Assembly (NCBI GenBank): GCA_964416445.1
Contig: CAYQEE010000006.1
Location: 21,230-85,229 of the forward strand
Length of the DNA: 64,000 nucleotides
Direction: 5' to 3'
Source of the DNA: an uncultured Gammaproteobacteria bacterium
Lineage (GTDB): Bacteria > Patescibacteriota > Microgenomatia > Levybacterales > UBA12049
The position numbers and the translations under genes are program-made. Position 1 is the stretch's first letter; every line of letters starts with the position of its first letter. Shown here piece by piece: positions 56,746 through 64,000 of the stretch. The notes beneath the pieces were generated by a model. That model made no database searches, was not told where the DNA came from, and saw only the letters and a list, made by a program, of their open reading frames with translations.

Positions 56746-58890
56746 ATGGCCAAGAGAAAAAGAAGAAAGAGTAAAGGAAAAGGTGGCTTAACACCGCAAA
56801 AAGGGACCGTGTACGCGATATTCGCGATTGGATTTCTTGGTGCTGGTATTTTAGGATTTGCTTCATTTTTTCTTCATAGTGATTTATTTACGAAAGTATA
56901 TAATCTTCAAAAACAGGATTTTGGTTCACTTGCCTATTTTGCTCCATTGAGCGCCGTTTTATTGGGATTATTATTTTTACGAATCCGTACTGTTTTTTCT
57001 CGGCCCCATATTATCATTGGTTTTGTTCTTTCTTACGTATCGCTTCTCGGATTATTGAAAACAGGAACAGCGGGGCAAACTCTTTTTGGAATTCTTTCGG
57101 AGATGTTAGGTACTTCAGGATCTGATCTTGTCTATTTAGCAGGACTTGTTATAGGTGTTCTTGTCTTACTTGATACGTCCATTGACGAACTTATTGCCTA
57201 TTTCTTTGCTTTTTTGAAGGCAATTGGAAGACTACTTCCCTTAGGCATGTTTAAATCTAAAAAGATGATTGTGAAAGATAATAAGCAACAAGTACCAATG
57301 AAACAAACGAATCCAAAACAAGTTGCTCCTGCGTTTGCCACACCAATAAAAGAACCTCCGGTAATTAATAAAAAAGAAATACCCCAACCAATGGCAATAT
57401 CTGATAAATTAGTAACCAACATTCTTTCTAATACAAAAGGAGGAATTTGGGAATATCCACCATTATCATTATTACAAGAAGTATCTGGATTTAAAGCAGA
57501 ACGTGGTGATATTAAGAAAATAGCGAATGTTATTGAAAAAACATTACAAAGTTTTGGTATTGAAGCACGAGTGGCTGAAGTTAATTTAGGTCCTGCGGTT
57601 ACGCAATATGCATTGGAAATTGCATTAGGAACAAAAGTATCAAAAATTACTTCATTAACAAACGATTTAGCATTAGCAACAGAAGCTCCTACAGGGCAAA
57701 TTAGAATTGAAGCACCCATTCCAGGAAGAAGTCTTATTGGTATTGAAATTCCAAATCGGTCTCTTGAAGTCGTTACGTTAAAAACAATGCTTGCGTCAAA
57801 TACGATGCAGAAAAGTAAATCGAAACTGACTGTGTCCATGGGGCTTGATGTCTCAGGAAATCCTGTGGTAGCTGATTTAGGAAAGATGCCGCACGTACTT
57901 ATTGCGGGAACAACAGGATCCGGAAAATCTGTCGCTATTAACTCGTTTATTACTTCAATGCTTTTTCGTGCTAGTCCATCAGAAGTAAAGTTTATTATGA
58001 TCGATCCGAAGCGAGTTGAATTAACTGGCTATAACGGTATTCCCCATTTATTAACTCCAGTAATTGTTGAATCTGATAAAATTCTTTCTGCATTAAAATG
58101 GGCGATTGCCGAAATGGATCGAAGATATAAGATCTTTGCTGAGCGTGGGGTAAGAAACTTAGAATCGTATAATGAACTATCTGGATTTCAAGCATTTCCC
58201 TATATCGTTATTTTTATTGACGAATTAGCTGATCTGATGTCATACGCACCAGTTGAAGTTGAAGATTCAATTGCTCGACTTGCTCAAATGGCCCGAGCGA
58301 CTGGTATTCATTTGGTAGTTGCAACACAACGTCCTTCTGTAGATGTTATTACGGGTTTGATTAAAGCGAATATTCCTGCTCGAATTGCTTTCAATGTGGC
58401 CTCATTAACTGATTCTCGGGTTATTCTCGATACTCCTGGTGCCGAAAAGTTACTGGGGAGAGGTGACATGTTATATATCCCTCCTGATCAGGCAAAACCA
58501 AACCGTATTCAAGGAGCATTCGTTTCAGAAAAAGAAGTACAGAAACTGGTTGAATATATGAAGCAGAAAAATCCTGTGGTGAATTATACTGAAGAGGTAA
58601 CCTCACAACCAATTCTCATTAAAAAAGGGACAGGAGCAACTTCATCGGCAAAGACAGGTGATGACGCTCTCGTTGAAGAAGCTATTCGAATTGTTTGCCA
58701 GTACGATAGTGCATCAGCGTCACTTTTGCAACGAAAACTTTCCTTGGGGTATGCACGAGCAGCTCGCATTCTTGATCAACTAGAAGAGCTTGGTGTTATT
58801 GGTCCAGCTCAGGGATCAAAACCGCGTGACGTGCTGCTCCGAAATGCTGAAGAAGCAATTCAAAATATTCAAGCACAGACTACTCCATAA
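56746..58890 (+). CDS. ftsK: DNA translocase FtsK
   Basis: 4-TM N-terminus, AGTTGSGKS, ATQRPS, gamma domain. Confidence 0.96.
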   Translation: MAKRKRRKSKGKGGLTPQKGTVYAIFAIGFLGAGILGFASFFLHSDLFTKVYNLQKQDFGSLAYFAPLSAVLLGLLFLRIRTVFSRPHIIIGFVLSYVSLLGLLKTGTAGQTLFGILSEMLGTSGSDLVYLAGLVIGVLVLLDTSIDELIAYFFAFLKAIGRLLPLGMFKSKKMIVKDNKQQVPMKQTNPKQVAPAFATPIKEPPVINKKEIPQPMAISDKLVTNILSNTKGGIWEYPPLSLLQEVSGFKAERGDIKKIANVIEKTLQSFGIEARVAEVNLGPAVTQYALEIALGTKVSKITSLTNDLALATEAPTGQIRIEAPIPGRSLIGIEIPNRSLEVVTLKTMLASNTMQKSKSKLTVSMGLDVSGNPVVADLGKMPHVLIAGTTGSGKSVAINSFITSMLFRASPSEVKFIMIDPKRVELTGYNGIPHLLTPVIVESDKILSALKWAIAEMDRRYKIFAERGVRNLESYNELSGFQAFPYIVIFIDELADLMSYAPVEVEDSIARLAQMARATGIHLVVATQRPSVDVITGLIKANIPARIAFNVASLTDSRVILDTPGAEKLLGRGDMLYIPPDQAKPNRIQGAFVSEKEVQKLVEYMKQKNPVVNYTEEVTSQPILIKKGTGATSSAKTGDDALVEEAIRIVCQYDSASASLLQRKLSLGYARAARILDQLEELGVIGPAQGSKPRDVLLRNAEEAIQNIQAQTTP

Positions 58891-58951
58891 CTTCATTCTC
58901 TCAGTTATATAAATATTTCAAAAATTGCTTTGAGAGAGTACAATAGTAGCT

Positions 58952-59581
58952 ATGATCTCAGTGGGACAAAGACTGTCACAAGAACGTTTATCAAAGAAAT
59001 TATCCATTGAGGAAGTGGCGAAAGCAACAAAAATTAGACCCAAATTTATTCAAGCGCTTGAAAAAGGGGAATATAACAAGCTCCCTTCAAGTGCGTATAT
59101 TCAAGGATTTATTAAAAACTACGCAGAATTTTTAGGACTTCCTAAACGAGAAATTTTAGCATTGTTTCGACGAGAGTTTGATGAACGCGAATTCCTAGGA
59201 GTGTTGCCAGATAGTTTTGCAAGAAAGAAGTTCGTTTTCTCAGGTTTCCGATTGCGAACAACGACACTACTTATTATTGCTGGTCTTATCTTTGTTGGAG
59301 GGTTTCTTTTTTTTGCCTATCGTGCAGCATTCTTTAACCCACCACTCTCAATTATTTCTCCTCAAGAAAATGCTGTTGTGAATGCGCAAACAGTAACAAT
59401 TACTGGAAGAACAGATCCAGACACTTCAGTAACTATTGACGATACGCCTGTCTTTATTGACAGAAATGGTGTTTTCAAGAAAGATATTATGGTATTCACT
59501 GGTCCTCGGACTATAACTATTAAAGCAATGAATAAGTTTGGGAAAAAATCACAAGTACTTCGTCATATTATGGTAAAATAA
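58952..59581 (+). CDS. RodZ-like HTH-TM-Ig protein
   Basis: HTH (YIQGFIKNYAEFLGL), TM, Ig-like C-terminus. Confidence 0.85.
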   Translation: MISVGQRLSQERLSKKLSIEEVAKATKIRPKFIQALEKGEYNKLPSSAYIQGFIKNYAEFLGLPKREILALFRREFDEREFLGVLPDSFARKKFVFSGFRLRTTTLLIIAGLIFVGGFLFFAYRAAFFNPPLSIISPQENAVVNAQTVTITGRTDPDTSVTIDDTPVFIDRNGVFKKDIMVFTGPRTITIKAMNKFGKKSQVLRHIMVK

Positions 59582-59627
59582 TTTTTTGTTATTGACAGAA
59601 ATTAAATTCTTAGCGTAGTATACATAT

Positions 59628-59912
59628 ATGGACCCTGCCCAAATACTCCTATTATCTGTTGTCATCATCTTAAGTTTTCTCTTGCTTATTTTAGGTATTC
59701 AAGTTTTTTTAATTCTCAAAGAATTTCGAAGGACAATTGGTAAGGTAAATAGAATTTTAGATGATGCAGCAGCATTAACGGAAAGTATTTCATCTCCTAT
59801 TGAGAATTTTTCCAGTGTTCTGGGAGGAATAAAAACAGGACTTTCGTTAGTTAGTATGTTTAAAGGAAAAAAAAGAGGTCAAAAAGGAGAAGAAGAGGAA
59901 ATCAATGGATAG
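59628..59912 (+). CDS. DUF948-like membrane protein
   Basis: N-terminal TM plus amphipathic helix; promoter TTGACA-18-TAGTAT. Confidence 0.7.
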   Translation: MDPAQILLLSVVIILSFLLLILGIQVFLILKEFRRTIGKVNRILDDAAALTESISSPIENFSSVLGGIKTGLSLVSMFKGKKRGQKGEEEEING

Positions 59913-60207
59913 GGATCATAAACATCATAATCAAAATTCAGGGTTCTCCAACGGGTTTTTGTTGGGAGCGCTTATTGGTGGAGGGATGGTTTTTCTTCTT
60001 GGCACAAAAAAAGGGAAAGAAGTATTAAAAACACTTACTGAGAATGGATTTGAAGGGGTCGCAGAATTGAGAGAATTATTATCTGACGAAGATGACAGTT
60101 TTATTGAGGAGTATGCTCAAGAAGGAAAAAGTCCTGTGTCAAAAACAGAAGAAGTAAAAACACCAGCAAAATCATTAAAGCGGTTCTTCAGAGGCGTAAA
60201 ACGGTAA
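59905..60207 (+). CDS. YtxH-like protein
   Basis: GFLLGALIGG...LLGTKKGKE. Confidence 0.8.
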   Translation: MDRDHKHHNQNSGFSNGFLLGALIGGGMVFLLGTKKGKEVLKTLTENGFEGVAELRELLSDEDDSFIEEYAQEGKSPVSKTEEVKTPAKSLKRFFRGVKR

Positions 60208-60235
60208 CTATTTCATCTTTCTTTTATTCTCAGTC

Positions 60236-61195
60236 TTATTGTATGTATTTTGATATATTTGCATTATGTTCCTCAAGTGTCTTTGCAAAATGCAATTTTC
60301 CGCTACTATCTGAGACATAATATAAATAGCTTGTTTGTGGTGTATTCAATACCGCTTGAAGGGCATAGCTTCCCGGGTTTGAGATTGGAGTTGGAGGTAA
60401 TCCAGGGTTGACATAAGTATTATATAAAGAGTTTATCTTTAAATCATCTAATGTAAGCGTTTTTTTCCACCAACTTTTTTCTTTTGGTTGATACCCTAAT
60501 GCATATTGCACTGTTGCATCAACTTCAAGAGGCATACCTATTGTCATTCTATTTTCAAGGACTGACGCAACAAGCTTCATATCACTCTCTGTTTTTCCCT
60601 CTCGTTGTACGATTGATGCAAGAGTAACAACCTGATCTTGAGTAAGTTTTGATGCAGTATGCGCAGTAGCTTGTTGATATTTTGTCGTAAAATTATTTTT
60701 CATTGCTGTCATTATGGTATTCAGATCAGCGTCTTTTGGTAATAAATAAGTGTCAGGGAAAAGGTATCCTTCTTGTGCAGTGAGGGTATTATCCCAACTT
60801 GGTTGGTACGTTGATACTTTATTTTTTAAGATCGCTGCAATTTCAGTTGCTCTAATTCCTTCAGGTATAGTTATCCAAATATCAACTGTACCATGGGTTA
60901 ATGCTTCAGCAATATCTGCGGAGGACATAGAAGGAGATAACTGGAAATTACCCGCTTGAATTTTGCCATCAAGTCCTTTTTGTTTAATAATTAAAAAGAA
61001 GACAATTGGATCTCGAATAAGGTTTGCCCGTTTTAGATCATAGCCAATATCTCGAATATTTTGTTGGGGATGAACAATAAAAGATACTTGAGATTTGTTT
61101 GTTGGATCTGCAGGCCGTTCTCCATTGTTCCACCAAAAGTAAAAACCTAATAACGCGAGAAGAATAAGGATAATGACAATAAATAGCTTTTTCAT
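60236..61195 (-). CDS. mltG: Endolytic transglycosylase MltG
   Basis: EGYLFPDTY, LASIVQRE, YNTY...GLPPTPISNPG. Confidence 0.95.
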   Translation of the reverse strand: MKKLFIVIILILLALLGFYFWWNNGERPADPTNKSQVSFIVHPQQNIRDIGYDLKRANLIRDPIVFFLIIKQKGLDGKIQAGNFQLSPSMSSADIAEALTHGTVDIWITIPEGIRATEIAAILKNKVSTYQPSWDNTLTAQEGYLFPDTYLLPKDADLNTIMTAMKNNFTTKYQQATAHTASKLTQDQVVTLASIVQREGKTESDMKLVASVLENRMTIGMPLEVDATVQYALGYQPKEKSWWKKTLTLDDLKINSLYNTYVNPGLPPTPISNPGSYALQAVLNTPQTSYLYYVSDSSGKLHFAKTLEEHNANISKYIQ

Positions 61196-62472
61196 ACAGT
61201 AAGTACGGGAAAGTTCTTAAGTGACATTTTTGCCTCCTGTAAATTATACATGCTTTCACTATATAATGTATAGACTACCTCTCCTTTGTAGACCTTTTCT
61301 GCGATCTTTTTATCTAAATAGATTCCGGATCCTTTTTGATAAGGAGCTCCAAGAATCTTTGCGATGGTAGTGACATTTTTACTATTAATTTCCTGTATCA
61401 TACCGCTTACCTGTGAAGTAATTCCTAGCGAGTATTTTCCTAGTCGGTTTGTTAAATGCGTACTTCTAACTTCGGGATTTCCTTTTTGTGCTTTAATAAT
61501 ATCTTTCATTTTCTGAAGAGCTTTTCCTGAAGTGAGGATATCGTGGGCCCAAGCATAACCATTTTTAAAGAGATGATAAAATTCTTTTTGTTGCGCAGGG
61601 GTTTGACTTTTTACGCATAAATCAAGAAGCGTGCCTGCTAATTCAAGAGCTTTCAATTCTAAATCGAGTGGTCTTTCCTGAGCCTGTTCGAGTACTCGTA
61701 ATGCATCTCTCGTCTCAAGGATAGGACCTATTCCACGACCAGCTGGCTCTAACGTTTCGTGTTTGACAACTTGCAATTGAATTCCAAATTTTTTAGCTAT
61801 ATATAAAAATTTTTGTTCTACAATTGCTGCATCTTTCTTTGTATGTACTTTCATATGTTGTCCAATAGGTAAGTCAATGACGACATGGTTAGATCCGAAT
61901 GCTATTTTTTTAGCCATAATAGAAACAATGAATTTATCATAGCTTTCAAAAAGGAGTGGTTTTTCGACATGAATTAAAACGTCATCTGCCGGAGCGATAT
62001 GGAAACTGCCGCCCCATACAATACAACCATTTGTTTTTTTAACGATTTCAAAGATTTCTTGCTTAGAAAATTCAACATGAGCAATTGTTTCCATATCGTC
62101 AGCTGTCCCATCGGGAGTCGTGATTGCTCGGGATGAACTTTTGGGAATGGTAAATCCTGCGGCTGCGATAATGGGAATAATGATCAATGTTGTTCGTGTT
62201 CCTGGAACACCACCAACCGAATGTTTATCTGCGACAATTCCAGGGAAATGTAATGACTCGCCAGTTTCTACCATTGCTCTTGTGAGAAAATAAAGTTCCT
62301 CATCAGTGAATCCTTTCGAATATCCTGAAGCTGCAAAATACGTTGTAAGAATATCACCAAGCTTGTTATGTGCAATCTCATCCATTACCGCATAAATCTC
62401 TTTGTAGGTGAGTTGTTTGCCAAGCAATTTTTTCCGAATTGTTTCAAGTGCTAATTCTTTTTGATCGATCAT
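61192..62472 (-). CDS. AMP phosphorylase-type (thymidine phosphorylase family) enzyme
   Basis: DKHSVGGVPG, KSSSRAIT..GTAD, APADD, GRGIGP. Confidence 0.88.
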   Translation of the reverse strand: MIDQKELALETIRKKLLGKQLTYKEIYAVMDEIAHNKLGDILTTYFAASGYSKGFTDEELYFLTRAMVETGESLHFPGIVADKHSVGGVPGTRTTLIIIPIIAAAGFTIPKSSSRAITTPDGTADDMETIAHVEFSKQEIFEIVKKTNGCIVWGGSFHIAPADDVLIHVEKPLLFESYDKFIVSIMAKKIAFGSNHVVIDLPIGQHMKVHTKKDAAIVEQKFLYIAKKFGIQLQVVKHETLEPAGRGIGPILETRDALRVLEQAQERPLDLELKALELAGTLLDLCVKSQTPAQQKEFYHLFKNGYAWAHDILTSGKALQKMKDIIKAQKGNPEVRSTHLTNRLGKYSLGITSQVSGMIQEINSKNVTTIAKILGAPYQKGSGIYLDKKIAEKVYKGEVVYTLYSESMYNLQEAKMSLKNFPVLTV

Positions 62473-63197
62473 AATTGTTCAATACGTGATTTAATAATCA
62501 GTCTTTTCCATACAGTTCCTGGAGGTGTACAGGTAATAATAGTAAGATAACTGTCGTCAAAAGTTTGGTCAAGCGGTGATGTATCTGTCGGATCAACAAT
62601 AGTTATTGAAAATATTTTATATGTGTAGGTAATGTTCGCAACGTTAACAAGAATTTCATCTCCAATTTGTAATTGGTGGACATTCGCAAAAATGGTATGG
62701 TAATTACCAGGCTGATATAGTGCAGGAAGCGTGGAATGTCCTTCAATAACAGTATTTCCTTTATCAGGAGGAACCGGCGTACCGGGGACATTAACAAGAT
62801 GTTGTCCTAAATCAGTATCTCGCGTTGAAACAATTGCATTAGCTATCCCAAGTCGTGGAATAGAGATTGCATATGATGCAATTCTTGCATTCATTGTTTT
62901 GTAAATATAACTCGGAAACCAGTTTCGAGCATCATCAAGGTTTCCTCCGCCTAGAGCTTGTACTTGCGAACTCAATAAACTTTGAATGCTTCCTGGGGTA
63001 AGCAGTGAATACTGGGGAATGGGAATAGCGATTTTCTCAGACGCAAATGCTGGAGATAAGGTAAATTGCCATATAATTATTGGTGTAAAAATATAGAGGA
63101 ACATGGCGAGTCCGATGAACGTCAGTACCACTCCAAAGAGACGAATAAGTAACTTTTTGTTTATTTTTTTTGTTTTTTTATAGTAAACTTTATTCAT
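62469..63197 (-). CDS. Sortase
   Basis: N-terminal TM, GNTVIEGH, LTIITC...KRL. Confidence 0.9.
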   Translation of the reverse strand: MNKVYYKKTKKINKKLLIRLFGVVLTFIGLAMFLYIFTPIIIWQFTLSPAFASEKIAIPIPQYSLLTPGSIQSLLSSQVQALGGGNLDDARNWFPSYIYKTMNARIASYAISIPRLGIANAIVSTRDTDLGQHLVNVPGTPVPPDKGNTVIEGHSTLPALYQPGNYHTIFANVHQLQIGDEILVNVANITYTYKIFSITIVDPTDTSPLDQTFDDSYLTIITCTPPGTVWKRLIIKSRIEQL

Positions 63198-64000
63198 TCG
63201 TTATACTCACATGAATATTCTTAGAGAACCGAGGAAGTAATTTAGGTAAGAATGGAATATTAGGTTGGAGTTGTATAGCGACATTAGAAACTTGCGGATA
63301 TTTTTGAATAATGGATTGTGCTTGATTGAACGATTTTCCCGTAATATCTTGGGTAATGGTTTGTGTATCAAGTTTCGGGAGGAATGACGCTTTCATATCT
63401 AATGATCCACGAAACGACTGATTATCGTTCTTTGGATCACTTACCGTTGCTTGTATACCATTTGGTGAGAGTGTCGAATTGGAAGGAATTTTTCCTTGGA
63501 ATATGCTTTGAGAAAATGATTGTAAATCATTTTTTGTATAACTTGCGCTATGATAGGTAATCGTAGCATCAAGGCTTACTGATTTCGCTTGGTCTCCAAC
63601 ATTTTTACTAAATGTTTTTTTCGTTACTTCTTCTTTGGTAAAGAAAGGTAATACAACTTTGTCATTACCAGCAGTATTTGAAATATCAGTTTGTGCTTTT
63701 GTTTCAAGATTTTTGGTAAGATTGCTTACGAGTGCATCCTCATCTTTTTGAGAAACTACCGTAATATTTTGCTGAGTTCCTCCACTAAAAGCAGCATCGT
63801 TTTTTGCACTGATGCTTCCTTTATCGAGTCCATTAATCGTAAATTTTGTACCTGAAGGTAAATTATAGTTTGGGCCAATATCATTCGCGGTGACTGAGAC
63901 GTTGGAGATTGTTACTGGTGGGTCAGAAATATCTCCTGAAAATGAACCAACGTTAACAGCATTAGTTAATGTAAACACTAATCCATTATCAGAAGTTAAT
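63190..64000 (-). CDS. Baseplate-J-like/beta-rich protein (5' part outside window)
   Basis: Frame open to window edge; V.A...GPNYN, AFSGG...VVSQKD, LP.LP C-terminus. Confidence 0.6.
   Translation of the reverse strand, partial: LTSDNGLVFTLTNAVNVGSFSGDISDPPVTISNVSVTANDIGPNYNLPSGTKFTINGLDKGSISAKNDAAFSGGTQQNITVVSQKDEDALVSNLTKNLETKAQTDISNTAGNDKVVLPFFTKEEVTKKTFSKNVGDQAKSVSLDATITYHSASYTKNDLQSFSQSIFQGKIPSNSTLSPNGIQATVSDPKNDNQSFRGSLDMKASFLPKLDTQTITQDITGKSFNQAQSIIQKYPQVSNVAIQLQPNIPFLPKLLPRFSKNIHVSITNE

Noticed and set aside
57198-57839. 213-aa antisense ORF and similar short nested ORFs
   Set aside because: Shadows of well-conserved genes such as ftsK, dnaK, infB and groEL
63190-64000. Prophage or contractile injection system suggested by baseplate-J-like protein
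   Set aside because: No other phage genes in view; it is embedded in a sortase-mltG operon

Overview
AT-rich bacterial chromosome segment with the hallmarks of a Patescibacteria/CPR genome, probably Microgenomates (inferred from gene content and shortened proteins). It carries housekeeping blocks (groES-groEL; hrcA-grpE-dnaK-dnaJ with CIRCE sites; nusA-infB-rpsO-pnp-rnj-ftsK; metG, tatD, ung, mltG) and many surface and glycosylation genes (cohesin, PEGA/SH3, pilin, sortase, GT-C/GT2/WecA/UbiA). The most striking element is a 7-gene F1-like ATPase operon (17331-23393, minus strand) in canonical c-b-delta-alpha-gamma-beta-epsilon order but with no subunit a. Its c-like hairpin lacks the ion-carrying carboxylate and is fused to an exported domain, which suggests an ion-uncoupled rotary or surface machine. 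Other notable items: a tRNA-Ser with the rare anticodon ACT, a divergent FMN riboswitch over an EamA transporter convergent with a stand-alone riboflavin kinase, pervasive leaderless promoter architecture, a membrane-anchored Clp-like ATPase, an AMP-phosphorylase-type gene, a motif shared by two small stress genes, and two unannotated pseudogene remnants. No CRISPR array, IS element or rRNA was seen.
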